Of a stretch of 64,000 nt of DNA, positions 21,101 through 36,400 are shown piece by piece (within the stretch, counting starts at the first letter, position 1; each line of letters begins with the position of its first letter). Position numbers and translations under genes: made by a program. Below the pieces are notes generated by a model, which saw nothing but the letters and a program-made list of their open reading frames with translations, made no database searches and was not told where the DNA came from. The stretch is taken from contig CM082588.2 of assembly GCA_040954595.2 (NCBI GenBank), forward strand, positions 4,962,156 through 5,026,155, given 5' to 3'. This stretch comes from Balanoglossus misakiensis. Its lineage: Eukaryota; Animalia; Hemichordata.

Positions 21101-24100
21101 AGTCAGTTTGTTTGTTCGTGCTTTTTACAGTGTGCAGGGAAACGATGCACGGAATACATGCAATTAGGCTCCCTTTATTTTTGAAACTGAGACTCAGTGA
21201 ATCCCAGTGACCAGTGTACATGTATACATGTATGTAATGGCTATGCTATACACTATCGGGGGCTTTAAGAAAACATATACATGTACATGTAATTAGGGGG
21301 ACTCTTATAATTGACAGAAAGCTACAAGTCCTGACAGGGTCTGTTTTGTATATCGCTTCTATACACGTAACAAAGAGCCTACACGTAGCTTACGCTACCA
21401 CGTGAGCACACGACCAAAATAAGCACTTGTGAGACACCCAGAGCGAAATGCAGGTACAATAGGAACTCGTTATACCGGCCGTTACCACAGTTTCCGCTCG
21501 CCGGATTTGTTTTCTTAGAGTATTCTTAAATACATTTCCATTTTGGCTTGCCTCCCACAATGAATATTATTTTATTGTAAACTGAACGCAGATGCAAAGA
21601 TTTGTGAGTCCAGAGATGCCGACTACACTTTCTGAAAGACGTCAGGGCAATTTGATTTAAATAAGTATAATTTGTTTAGAATGATTCTATGCTGGCCGAA
21701 CTCGAGCATCTTCCGTTCAATGTGCGCACAAAGAACGATCACAGAAATATTAGCATCTAACGCGGCCTTGTGTATTGTTTATCAACGTATTCGAGTGGGA
21801 GTATCGACACAGCAAATAATCTGCGTTCTACGCAGATGTCAAATCACTTTGGGTATTTACAAGTCAGCATGCGTACAGTACGCAAGGTTTTACGCAAACC
21901 GTGACTTTTTTCCTGATCATTATCTTCGGGCTAACGGTGAAGGCCAAACCAAATTTGCCAAATAGAGCAAGAGTTGTGAACATTTCCAACAATTTTGTGC
22001 GTATTCAATTGTTAATAAAGCCCCTTTTACTCAAAGGTTGGAAATATACGTCAGAGTCAGGTTGGCGTGAGATGCTAGACATTACATTTTCCAGTCTGAG
22101 GAACTTTGCATCTACCGAACTGAAAGTAACAAACTCGCTGTTACCACAGAACGTTTCCATCAGTCCCAATTTTGATTTTTGCCTCGGAGAAAGCCCTAGG
22201 CTATTGATTGAGTTCCAGTAAGCTGTTAGACAGTGGCAATACAGTGTACCAGCTTGTCAAAACCTCATACATGTACCTCACAATATATCACCATCCATGC
22301 TGCAGGGCGTCATCGCTCGGTGATATCAATTCCAAGTGACGTTACACGATTATCAGTGACGTTACTTGTTCTTGCTAATTACGACACAGCATGGGCGCAC
22401 GGTACATTTATTTTGACTTTTACCTCATGTCACACGAAAGTTGTCACTAGACATAACATATACATGGTTACAGCTACAGCAAAACCAATTACATGTTAAA
22501 ACAACGTCTCGAGATATGTACAAGACGTCAGATAAAATTACATGCCTGTCTTGGTAATTTGGACACTAGCGTCTGGTTCCTTATTGATTATGTTCCATCT
22601 AATTGAAATTTCATACATGTGACAAATAACAATCCAGTCACCCAAATATGCCAAAAATACAGTCTTTACATATTTTTTCGGGTAAACATCGACACAAACA
22701 CACGCGTTCCTAAATCGAAAATGAGAACGGGAAGTCTTTTCCGCACTAACTGCTGCGCCAAATACGTTGCCCCTTCCCTTGTCAGTTCAAGTGTATGTTT
22801 TCTCACTTCACCGACTTTACCTCAAGGTAATCAGGCATGCCTAAAAGCCCTGGCAATGACGCATGACCGTGAAAGCGCGCTGGGTTGTTAACTCTCCCGC
22901 GCGTGTTTAGCTGAATAAATTGCCGAAAGATAGATAACCCCTCGACCCCCCCCCCCCCCCCGTGTAACGGGTTCGTGAGCATGCGCAGTGCCGTCACTAA
23001 TATCGCCTGTCACTAATTACTTGCGACTTTCGAAAACAAGCGCCAATTAACGATCATTCATTTGCTGATAGCACCACTTCCAGCGGATAATGTTTAATAT
23101 CCGCTAGCATCGTTCATTGATAACATATTCATTCGGTATATCCCCGTAAACGGTTTCCATCGGCAGTGAACTTGAATTCTGGGGCAACATCAGCTGCTGA
23201 AAAAATGTCTGTTGATGTACATTTGTGAGCTTCGGTGGTGGAAACCGTGATTGTCAACAGAAAGCTGAATTACCTCAGCTCTACTTCATACATTGCTAAC
23301 ATATTATACGAAGGTATAAAATACGAATGCCGTAACGCGCAGCACTGCAAAGATAGTTCGTCTTTAATCAAAGTGTCCCTCACTCTTAGAGCGCATGGTA
23401 ACAGTTATATTTCCCAGACAGCCCGGTTTCATACTCTCTCGTTAGATTTAACTGACGTGGAACTCACTGCTCTGACAGAACACCCAGGAGGGGAATGAAA
23501 TTGTCGGAAACACCGAAGGCGAACGTGTTAATTTCGGAGTGAGAGCAGATAGATTTTTTCCCCTCAAGATGGTATAGTCGTCATTCATTTTCGACTTGTG
23601 AGATCATATCACTCATTCCTCTAAAAGGAAGACGAGACAGTCCCTTACTAATGGTCATGCAAAGTATCTTTTAAGTCGCGTTCTTGTCTTATTTTTATCA
23701 AGACTTCGGGATATGGTGGTTCTTGTCCAGGAAGATTCATTGGACACTGCATCCGAATATAAGAAGTCATTTTTGATGACATGGTCCCCGCTGAATCAAC
23801 AGACTTTAGGGATACAGGTATGCTCTCCCGTGTGGGCTAATATAAACCGAATGCTGTCATGAAAGTACATGTACACATGCACACAGACTCATATTTGTGA
23901 ATAAACGAGATTAATTTGTCATTTCATATCGAGAAAATGTGGAATCTCGAAAAATATACACGCTACTGGTCTTTCCATTTATCTCTATACAAGTATACCA
24001 CAAGGAGGTAGTGGACTTTCATTTGCACTATACGGGGATTCTGAAATAATTCCGGAAATAGATAAACACGCTCTCAATAAGAATTATTGAAAGTAGCCGG

Positions 24101-25489
24101 TAAAATATCGAAAACTTATATGTAGGCGGGTGTTTTCTGCCGGTTTATAGCAGACTCTATCTGTGTGTACATCAGCGTACACAGCACACGTTATCGCCCA
24201 TCCTCCCTCGCGGTTGCCCTTTCCACGACGCTGCGTGGGAAAGATATGTCACAGATTTGGAAAGAAAAGAATCCTCACTGATTAATACGATGTATTTATG
24301 ATCGCCGCCGGTGGGGGGAGCTGAAATTATTGCCTCGTTAATTGCGTGGGGGCTTTTCCCCGGGAGCATTAACCTTCAATTGAAAGTGAATGTTGGTCCG
24401 CATTTGCAGATAAACATTGTCAACAGGCGATTTTAGTGGCGGCCGAGCCCGTCTTCACCGCCAGTCTAACGGATTGAGATGCTGCTGCGTTTTACCTCAC
24501 AACATCAGTTTTGCATTCACGTTGAACAATTCGCTTTATTAAATCTTCGATTGAGATCGGATTCTACGTCAGCGGCAGACCGACTTGCCGGCGTCGACGT
24601 CCGCACAAGACGTCTGTAAGCTCGCGAAGACTAAAACGCAACACAGGTACATGTTTGTATGGAATGCAACCTAGTGAATAGCCTTAGGCCTTGTACTGTG
24701 CATTCAAATTATTAGTAAACGTAAACGTGAAGAGAAGTTTTAAACCGGGGCACTGTAAACATATTAATTGTCGATTTACGGGATTGGGCGTATTGAGCTG
24801 TAAAAATCAAATCATCCTCACTTCAAAGACTTTCACATTCGTATGGTACGAATATACATATGTACGATGAATTTTTGGAGAGGGAAAATTAGTGGAACAT
24901 GGCGTGGAGGAAACAAAAGCTTCTGCAATGCTTTGAGGGAAGGAGTGGACTGGAAATTTGAAATAATAAAATTGCTGGAACAGTGACTGAAAATAAATTT
25001 GCTGACATACCGAAATCCTTCACCCCCTGAAATCAAATGGTTCACCCCTTACGTTGTGGTATTATACCAACATGGCGGTGGGTGACGCAGTTTTATCTAT
25101 ACTCCCACCATTGTGCGTGGTTGTTGTCGCTATCTCCGACAACTGCAGAAGATGAATGGCAGCCCGTATGTTGAAGATAAGCAATCGCCTGCAACCACGC
25201 GAAAGGCAATAATTACATCCCAGGGCAACGGAAATATCGAGCAATAAGAAACCTCGTTATTGTACGCGCGCATCTTTTATCATGTCGTAAATAAAACCAC
25301 GCTGATGTTAAAATTCTTTGTCATCGCTCTATCTGTTGATGAAAATTTTTTGTAGTCCGTCAGCCGCCGAAACTTGTTTTAGTTATGGCCACCATAAACA
25401 AGGTTCTCCATCGAATAACGCGGTGTACTGAAACATGTGGGAGTATTCTATAAACTAACGAACATATAAGAATATCCTAAGAAGAACCT

Positions 25490-25985
25490 AGCTGATGTAT
25501 TATCGAAAATTCCTGATCAACAGAATAATTTTACATTTCAATTTTGCGAGAAAAATGACATAAAGCTGGTACTTACAGTGGGGGCTGCAAGCCAAGGGAA
25601 AATGGACCCTCGATCTTCGTCAAATCATTTTCCATGTCCAATTGTTCACGCACACGAGGCTACCAAAGCTGGGGAAATCCAATCCATATCGTCACAGTCA
25701 TGACCTTCACTATCACTTGGTTGTCCGAAATTGTCCAGGGTGATGAACAGGTCGTTGTGGTCACTACATTCAGCCATGGTGTTTGTACGTCAACGACTGA
25801 GTACCGAATGATGGAATTGACACGTCACCTCACTGACCATCTGGCAAATAAACTGGATGACACCTATCCAATCGAAATGTGTCACTCAACAGGTGTATTT
25901 TGTGAAGCTTGTGATTGGTTGATGTTATTGAGAGGTTGATTAGCATACCAAGACCACAGACGTTGTCTTAATACCACGTGTTGGT
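25490..25985 (-). mobile_element. Dispersed repeat family copy B
   Basis: Homologous to copies A and C, same orientation. Confidence 0.8.
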
Positions 25986-27675
25986 GGCCGGAAAATGAAC
26001 TCGTTCAGATACTGCGAGTAGAACGATGGCACTCCACTCGTACATTATCCTTTACATATTCTACTTTTCTTTACAACTGAAGCCCCAGTTATCAGAAAAA
26101 TTGGTAACCAATTCACAGTTACATGCAGTTCTAACAATCGCGGTCTCAGACCGTGTAACGATAGACCGTAACGTGACAAGTTTAATTATTGAGGGCACCA
26201 GCTCCTTGCCAAAAACGCAATGTACGCACACACGTACTATGTTGGTACATACATATGCAAAGGAAAAGGTCACCCCTGAACATTAGCTATGTGCCCTACC
26301 GTTGTTAGAATAATATGCAAAAAGTCGTAAACATTGAAACGAGAACAGTGCATCCGGCGTTGGAAAACAAAGACATGTCCACAAACCATGATTTATTATA
26401 TCAGTAAAACAAGTATATACATGTAAGCACAGTAGAGGGACTGTGATATAAGTACATGTATATACAAAGTTATGACGCCAATATTCATAAGCAAAATGGC
26501 GCGGGTAGGCCCGTGGGAGGATCCTACACATCTTGACGACGGCATGTCTCTCTGTAAAATCCGCAAAAGTATCCGTCGGTTTAATTTTGATTATCTTTTG
26601 TGAGAACTTCGCCTGCAAAACAACGGGAATGCATGAGTTAGCCTCCAGGATATTGGAATTGTCGGCAAGATTGGGCGCCGTTAGATTACGTTCCAATATA
26701 TATTCAGCGCGGTGAGGACGTTGTAATATATATTGGGCGCATTTTCTGTGTAAAGATAGACTTCCCAGTTCTCTCGCTGCCGTCATATTACTCTTTATCC
26801 GTGACTTATACTCTTCAGTGCCATTTTAATTTCCGCTGGAAACATCCATGGCATTTTTACGGCCACACGACGTTTATTGATCAGCCTTTTGGAAGTTACA
26901 CACAAAAAAACTTTGTGAAATATTTAGTCCTCGTGCATATATACACCTGAATCAACATCACCAATGAATTTGCATATACGAATTCCTGAAAAGGTGCAAT
27001 GGGCTGAGGTATTCGCTGAGACGCGGAAATTACATTGCTATATTCATGATATACATGCATACAAACAAACAAAATCAAACAAAAAGAACAATGAAGGGTT
27101 AGTTTGACAGTAAACAGAAATTTAAGAAGACACTAATGGGCATCGTGCAATGTTTTACATCCGACACGTTGTTTTTCCTCCACTTATACTGTCTCCTTTC
27201 GTATCTCACAGACCATGAAATTACTCCCCATTTCAATCCTTTCCTTTTCTCAGAGTAATATCACGGTCGGCGAACCCCATGGAGGGCTGCAACTCTCGAC
27301 GACTGCCGCGATGACCTTGTCTCGCAGACGAAAGGTTAATTAAGGCAACGGGGAAGTTTCCCCTCGTTTTCATTGGAGTATCTACGGTTAAGTATTCTTG
27401 GCGAAGGTCAACGTTTGCCTCGGAATGCACAATTTCATCAAGGGATGCCAATGAAGTCGATGAGGAGTCATTGTGCCCGAATAAAATAATTACACGAAGT
27501 TCTACGAATGAGAGATTGGATGCAACATGTACTAGCATGCTCGAATGTGCCGATGTCCTTCAACTGTATGTTATCAAAAAAGCTATTTTTTCCTGGGGGA
27601 GGTTCAATGCTGAGCAAGGGATACGATTGTACCGAATCAAAGCCGTCTTCGGTTCTTGTAGAAATTATGAGATCG

Positions 27676-27836
27676 AAGGTTCTTAGATAGGATTTTATAC
27701 ACGGGGCCGATCACCAAGGTTCTAAGATAGGATTTTATACACGGGGCCGATCACCAAGGTTCTTAATGGGATTTTATACATGGCCGATATCATCATGGTT
27801 CTTAAATAGCATTTTATACACGTGGCCGAGGTTCTT
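27676..27836. repeat. Minisatellite, about 4 copies of a 40-bp unit
   Basis: Unit aaggttcttagataggattttatacacggggccgatcacc, head-to-tail, decaying rightwards. Confidence 0.92.
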
Positions 27837-29094
27837 ACCAAAAAGTTCTTACGTTTTACAGACGATTTAATACATAATCATTTTTGCATAATAAAGGGTG
27901 GTGTGAATATGGGGCTGTCTGGTCAAGGCGATTTCATAGCTAGTTATCTTTAGTCCTGGCGGCCCCGTAAGAGTATTGCATACCGATGTAATATATGCCA
28001 AAAGCACCCGATGATTCCTCCGGGACGTTGCTGTATAAACCCATTGGCAATTTTTGAGAAATGATATCACGGATCGTTTATGGAATTTACAAGAGTTGCA
28101 AAAAGGTTAATCGAAAATGTAAACGACCCAAATATAAGAGCTGATAACATGTATATATAGGCCCTAGCCAGCACTGTAATGGAACTGTTAAGTATTTAAT
28201 GGTTCAGCTCCCTACTTTCATTTCTGGGGCTCTTAATCCACCCGTTATACACTACTCTGAATGCTAGGGAAAGATTCACGACACAAAAATGACATTTCAA
28301 GCAAAAGCGTTGTTTGGATAATGTAGTGATCTTTGGATAAAAATATTTATTATAAGGGTATTGCTTCACACTGCTTTTGAATTAAGTTAACCTAGTTGGC
28401 GTTAAGCATGGGACTTCGTCGATCAACGCGTTGGAATTGCATTAAAATTAAGGGCGTACGGACATGGTTTATCTCTTCGACCGGGCACTGACCCAAGTGT
28501 TGAGTAAGCTTAAATGGCAGGTGGTTTGGCCAGTTAATTTTATTTCCATGTCGTGGGTATGAACTCGCTTCGTTTACAGCTTAAGTGTGGAGTTACTGAG
28601 CGGGTGGTTGTGACGGGTCATACGAATCTGCATTTAACAAGTGCCGCATCTGTTACTGCTGTTTGTTAGCGAGCGCATCAATCTGCTTCGATGGTTTCAT
28701 GTTATGACAAGAGTGAACGTCCTGCAGGGGAATGCACTTCTTTATTGGCAAAGACTGGACATCATGAAAGGTTGATGATCAGCTCTCACCTTTCTACTCG
28801 TGTATCCGATCATTCCAGTCGTCTTCCGAGTCACCATTTGCTGCCCCTGTTCTGTTCGGACGGTGTGAGAAGCCACCATTTTCACTAGTCCGGCTATCCA
28901 GTGAAGCGGGCTGCGGTTGGACCAGTCAACGGAGCCAGCCATCAGTTAAAACGGACATTTCTATTGGCTACATGCTCCACGTGCATATGCGGACTTTTTG
29001 TGACACATGACCTGCTAAACTACTCCGCCACTCCAAGAGAATCTGTGACCAAGTAAATAGTTCTACATTGATTAAACCAGTTGTTATTCCTGAA

Positions 29095-29331
<237 letters not shown>

Positions 29332-32300
29332 GTTTTCTGAAGTTGTATATACATTGTCTATAGAAGTGTTTCTTTAATGCCAGCACTTCTCGCCCACAAT
29401 TCGATGTTGCCCGGGGCGAACATCTTTTAGTCTATTGCGATTTATCGACGCAGTCGGTACATTATGAAAATCGATGCTTCCAATATTCAAACGGCATATA
29501 CCCGTATTCGCAGCTGTTACGCCGCACAGAGCGCCATTAGTGAAATTTTTGCCGTTGGGGCTGCTAACCGCCTTGAAATTAATGCACTTGAGTAGACCCC
29601 TGTGAAACATCAAAAACATCGTGAATAAACACAAACTTGGCAAGGGTTGGCGTATGCTTGAGCTGGCCCCCGGCGATATACACCCCATTAGCTTAATTTA
29701 TATGAATACTGGAAATTCAGGAGTCGTTAGCGTTCATAGGGGAAGTCCTTCATTGATTTAGGTGGCCGCTAAACTGAAAAATAACCATAGACGAAAATGG
29801 TTATTAGTCTCCCCCCCCCCCCCCTGTAACGGTTGTCAATACATCAATATCAGACAGGGGAATGTTATTTCAGAGATCTTTTGAGACTCGCATACGTGAA
29901 GGAGAAGCGATGGTGATTCGTTTTCGAATACTCGTACAAGCCGTCGGGACTCCATGGCAGTGCACTGATCAAGAAGCTAAGTCATTGTAACGAGCAAAAC
30001 GAAGCTTCACTAGAGGGTTTCTGAAGCTAATCCGTCCAATAAATGTTTCTCGAGACGGTATTATAAGGTTAGCAGCGTGTAAACACAAATAAGGGCCCTT
30101 TGAATAATAAACAATATTTTCTGTAGTGAAAGTATTGCCGAGCATTGTGAATCTGACTAATGTCGATTATATTTTGAATAGCTTTAGGCTGCGCCTAACT
30201 TCTCGTGGTTATTCATGGATTACGGCACTGACCCATTTCGGTATTATATCTATTTTTGCCGACAGTTGTTTGTTAGAGACTTGGTTTGAAGTCACCAACC
30301 GTCAGAAATCGGTCAATACCTCTCAAGGCTATTCCAATTTCCCCATTATGGAAGACAAGATGTACCTTTTGACGTTGTGTTTTTTTTCCGCCCAACAAAC
30401 TTGTGGCGAGGAACCCAAGCAAGAACGGCTTGTTAGGGGATCTGCATGAAGGCAGTGATTACATACTCTCCTCGGAGGCAGGGGCGCCTCTACGCCAGCA
30501 ATCGGTTCATGCAGCATGCGAAGCCAACCGAACCGTACATATAACATGTCGATAGCGATTACGGATCGTTGCTGTTACGAATAATGGTTGTTTAGCGATC
30601 CCGAACTAACGACTGGTCGGTTAGTCTAATCGCGTTTCACTTCGCCTGGAATACGATAAGCCGTTCGCAATTATACCTGTTGGTTTTTGCCGTGTCTTCA
30701 GACGTCGCAGGAAAACGTCTCCTTGAAATGGATATCCTTTTAAGAAGAAGAAGACGAGGAGGAGGATTAAACGGTGTTATTAACAAGAAACCATACAGCC
30801 TCGCAAAGTTGTAACGAATTACAAAAAGAATACATCTCTGACGTGCATTCGTCGAAATTTACTTTCAAATTGGTAGATACGTCACGTGTTTGCACACACA
30901 CGCCACATCGCCGTGATTCACGTATATCATGCCCACCTCATCAGTTTCTCTCGAATCCAAACGAATGAAGGAACTTTGTGTGGCATCAGCCAAGTATTGG
31001 ATCGCTCCAATCAATGGCTATCACATTCTTTAGCATTGTACTTCTTTTTTTAAATGCAACGACTTCTGGGAAACTTTATAAACGTATACGAACATATGAG
31101 AAACCTTCACAAGGTTGTTGGCTGCACCATCAAACAGATAGGAACCCATATGCCATGCACGTAATGTTTAGGTATGTCAGATTAAACGTGGCTTGATGAT
31201 CTATTCTGGAAAATGTCTTTTCCCTTCAAACATCTTTCAACAAACAATTAAGTAAATGGCGTCTGGGCGAGGGCGCCGCTTGTAGTGTCTGTTTTTGTTG
31301 TTGTTAACGTGCCGTCCTTGACATCAGCTCACTGAAAGAAGCCAATTTCCAGGTAAAAGCAATTGGCATGGAGAATTTCACCAGAATTTGCATCATCCTC
31401 GAGCACCCACTTGCAAAACGATTCTTGTCGAAATTCGTGTAAGGCTTCTCGCCGTCAGGTAATAGAAATGAATTGTTAAGCAATCCCAGGCGCTCTCTGT
31501 AGGCAAAGTAATCTCAAGAACGACTCCCGCGATTGTGTTTTTCCAATAAACTTTGCCACGCGAAATCCCCGTGGGACACACTACCTATATGATGCGTAGA
31601 TTTCGGGATTCTTTTCCGAAGATAAGCCCAGGCGATTGTCTCGTTTGAGTTGAATCCACCCTTTCCCCATTACTCTTAGACGTGCAGGAGCGCGCAATAT
31701 CTGATCGGATACGCTGGAGTCGTTTCGAATATTGCAATCTTGTTGTTGGAGAATTCTTTTAACAGTCAGGGGCCTTATAGTTATCATACTCGTTTCGAGA
31801 TTCGCTACAATGTGGTGTGCCACAGAAATCTGATTGACCGTAGATTATTCATGATTTATAATCATGACTTGAATAAACATGGCTATAGAAGCATAGCTAA
31901 TAGTATTATGGGGCAGAGTAACCCTATCTAATTGGTATACAGCTCTTCCGATTTCTCCATTCACTATGGTATGCATTGCTTTCTGTCTTCCTTGCTCCGG
32001 ATCGTGCTGTGAGCCCAGATAGCAATATACCAAGACCACTTCAATATGAACACAAACAACATCAATTGACGTACTGATAGTATGTGCTAATGATTAGTCC
32101 ACGCAGTTCTGCAAGAACTGTCTCTTCATAACCAACATTAACGATTTCGATATATATTCAACTCGTGATCTGACCAGCGCATTTCGGATACAGGCAGAGA
32201 ACATAGCGCGGTTGGGGAAAACTCCGCGCCCACCGTACGTACATGTATAGCGAACGGATGATGTAATACATTTGTACGAAAATGCTACTGTGTGGTTTTT

Positions 32301-33427
32301 ATGTACAATATACGGAAGTACTATGCAATTATCAGAGACTATAATGCGAGGCTTGTCATCAACTTTTTTACTACCTTTCCATTCAAACTGATGGAAGGTA
32401 GAGTTAACGGAAACGCTCGCACTGGGGAGCCTGGTCCTCGTGACTGCAACACACACATCAGCCTGTCATCTCATCGGGGACGGTGCCGGCAGAGAAAGAG
32501 TACTCAACATCGCCCAGAATTGGACAATAAACTCTGTTATTCCCATGATGGGGGAGTGAAGTAATGCAGTTATAATGGCCGACGCCAGTGTGATGAGCTC
32601 CTGCTGAAAAACTCTAATAACACGGTCTGCCGAGTGACAGTAATTAACGGACAGTTCCACACGAACTCGCGGATGGAAAGAAAGAGCGCAGCAGATGGAA
32701 ACTAGGATGATGAATAGGGCACACCACCACACACAGTAAAATAGATTCGTTCCCTTTTCCGTGCATTAGCGTTTGGGCAAGACGTTCAGACGTGCGAGTG
32801 TCGTTATTTGGCACCAAATCGCCTTGGTGACAAACAGAATTTCGTCTGGTATAACAGTTTCTCGAAGCTCAGTCTTTGCAAGGCAAAGCGAACTTCTCCG
32901 TAACTTGCTGGGGGCAACGAACGCGGTATAAGTTATCTTGTAACATGGAAAGTTTCTGTTAACGCATACATGTAAAAATGACTAATTTTCAGTGTAAAAA
33001 TACCAATAAAGTTCTGATCAACGCAACACGATTTCGAAAATTGTCAGTTTTTCCCACTGGCCAGTCAACGTTTTCCGCCTACCCAGTGAAGACTTTTGGC
33101 CATTAATTTTGCTTCTGCATTATTCATCTCTGACACGAATTTTATTCAATGGATGTCGGCATACACTTACGATATGCTTCATCGACATCATTATGACCAA
33201 GTAAGCCGAGGATATCTGCGACCATAATGGCTCATTTATCTAATTGTTGCCAAAGCAATAAATGGTCAAATCGTGACTATCATGTCACGCGTGAAGCTGG
33301 TTGTATACTAACGGTAACTATCCTTCCTTATTAGAGAATCAATCGCGAAAACGCCAACTGCTTCGCCAGAATTATCATTGTAGGAGGTGTCAATACTTTA
33401 TCAGAACAACATTAATCACAAATGTTT

Positions 33428-33473
33428 TCCATCCATCCATCCATCCATCCATCCATCCATCCATCCATCCATC
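33428..33473. repeat. (TCCA)n microsatellite
   Basis: About 11 tandem copies. Confidence 0.97.
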
Positions 33474-36400
33474 ACATCCGATTGCCTTGCACACATAGAA
33501 CAGTTGGGAATTGGCGAGAAATGGCCGCCGGACCTCTGTTGGGTACATATTCACGAGACCGGCGCTACCCCTATACACCACGGTATCTCTTCTGAAACCT
33601 TGCCCCCAAAAGGGATAAAGAGTTCACGGCCTCGACACAGACACACCGCGCTTGGGAATGACTGAGATGCGGTTTCGCTGGATGCTTCAGGAGCCTTCAA
33701 TCAAAGGGTTCCCTAAACACATCTGAGACTCGGCCAATTTACGGAGCAGAATTTGATATTGGTGGATATAAGTAGGCCCTTGGGAGAACCCTCTGCAGTC
33801 AACCACAATTGTAATTCTTCTGCAACTACTTTATCTCGTCTCGTGAGGGTGTATGCAATACCTCCTTTTGTGTCAGAGTTCTTTTTAAAGGGCATTCACT
33901 ACAGGTTAGCACGCAAGCATCCATCTTAACATCATGTACAATAAAATCCGCGATAAAAGCACTATACCGTGCAACACGTTGTGGCTATGGTAATACAAAT
34001 TTACCGTCTCATATAAAAACGAACTAAAGAGTTGTTTTAATATCATAAAAAGCACAAAATGTCAGTGGAACTAAACAGTAAACAATGAAATGTAGAAACT
34101 ATGGAACTCAGAACATTTAGAATGTGTGTAATCGAGTTTTAATTTTGAAGGTAAGATTTTCTCGAGAGCGTCAAACTGCTCGACACAATATCACGATTTG
34201 TCTTGCATTTGATTCCGGGGTATAGATGTTAGATGTTTCATTCAAGAGCCGTCAGTCATTACCTTGGTAGATCATCAAAAAAGGCCAAGCCAGTTGGTTA
34301 CTCTGGCAACTATTTTGAAGACGCACCAAATAGCAGTGCGATGTGCATTAACCTGCGCATGCCCCCATTGTCGACATTTGGCCAAGTGCCACTGTTTTGC
34401 TGAGCTGACATTCACGTTTGACTGATGGGGCTGTTACAACAGAAATGGTCTTAACAGTACGTATAATGAGCATTTCTGTAAGTTTTTGCCGTGAAATTAA
34501 TATCCAGAATTAAGGTCGAAAATTTATGTGCTCTAACTATGAAGTGATGGATTGTGCCAATCTTTCTTCTATGGGATAAATGAAACAACATTTTCATCTC
34601 TAATTACTTATTTATGGGGAGAATGTTGAACTGATTTCTGAGCAGTTTTTCTGTCAATCATCAGACTTGCCCTGAGTCACAGATAGTCTTCCATAAGAGA
34701 TCAAAAGCGTATCCTTGCACGAGACGTTCAACCATGCAGGCATCCCTGCAATGAAAGGCCTTCTTCCATACAATCTGCAACCATTATTCGCCGGTAGACG
34801 TTGTTTAAAGAGATGGATGATACCCCGGAGATATGACGCGTCGCAGATGCCGTGCCCTTCAGCCGTCAATGCAGTCTGAAAGCGGCGAGCGTCCACCATA
34901 TGCCCCGTGAAAGGTGTTGAGATTAAAATGTCGTGACAGCACAGTGATAGATCGCCTTTTGTACGAAACCGTAGGCAAGCCTATAGCGTATATTCCCTTT
35001 CTCGTTGCAAATGTTGATTTGCATTGAACTCGACCGAACCTACTTTGTGATAATACGTTCTTGAACCAGCCTGAAAATAGTTACTGTAGTATTTGATTAT
35101 TTTTCACAAATAAACCCACAATTTTAATATTTTAACTCAAAAGAAAACAAGCCAGTTGCAAAAATGTCAATACAGTTTCATAGAATTCAATTGGTTAATA
35201 CGATATTTCTGTTTATCTTAAGATCACAAACTCTAGTCTCAATTTTGTTAACTCATGTATTGTTATACATGTAAAACGTATTTTCAATATACATGTACCT
35301 GCTATACAGTGAATAATTTATGCAAATTAAACTTATGCAAGTCGCAGTACATTTGTCATGTTCAAAATATATAAGTCGTTTAGTATAGTAAAAACATCAA
35401 AGCGATTTTGTATTCCACGCAAATGGTATACGCTCCTGGGAATTGGACGAGCTCAGCGAAAACATATGTACACTAAATCGAATGTGGCACACGACTTTCT
35501 ACGGGTGATGTTCGGGTAGCCACCTATGCCCTAAATAACACGTCTGTGTAACACATTGCATCATCGACACCTAGAAAGTTTACAGGGTGAAAATTTGAAG
35601 GCTTTGCCCTCTTCTACAGGCGATGACGATCACTCGCTAAATATCGACAGTGGCCATTAAACGAAGCCCTCAACACAGACCCGTCTCGCGTGATTTGCCG
35701 TATTACCCACCTATAACTACCCAAGAGTATATAAAATAGATAACGGCTGCTTTTATGTCCAAACGCTCTCCATTTGCAGCCGCGGTCGTTCCGTAAAATT
35801 TCGTAATTCATGGCTGGTGTAAATTATTCCTGACAGTCTCCCTTGTGTGGTACTAAGTTATGTGGTTGCCTTGTAGAAAGAACTTTGCAGTGCTCTGAAG
35901 TAAGTATCTCTTTCGCTTGCATCAAACGTGCAAGCGACAGCAATGTGGCGCGGGTTAAGTTGAAAGTGTGAACGAGATTCTGCATTGCTCTACCTTAATG
36001 ACAAAAACGGCGACGGCAAGAATGATTCATTCATGCTACGCAGAAAGCGTAAATTTGCTTTATGGCACTACGCGCTAAGTTGCTAAGTGAAAATTCCTCT
36101 CGAAAGGATCTTTGCTCAGTTCACGCCGAGACCTACACGACGTCTCCTTAACTGTTCTCACTAAAATCAATCACCTAAACGAGGATTTCACCGAATGTTA
36201 TGCGATTTTTGTGTGAATTAATTCATTTGTCACTCGAGGGCTATTTAACCACAACTCATGATGGCGCTAATGCTCGTCTGCCCGCGTGGCATTTTGTGAG
36301 CGCACCGTCGATTTTATATTCGTTATCAGTGCATTTGTCATGTTTGAAATGGGTTCACGATTGATTTGGTGCACGTCACGATCGTTCGAGACTGCCATTG

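Noticed and set aside
24220-24241. Paired Su(H)/CSL site (tttccacg...cgtgggaa)
   Set aside because: Only one full CGTGGGAA match; orientation and 6-bp spacing do not fit the paired-site architecture.
27676-27836. CRISPR-like array
   Set aside because: Units are contiguous with no unique spacers, no cas genes are present, and the context is eukaryotic; it is a minisatellite.
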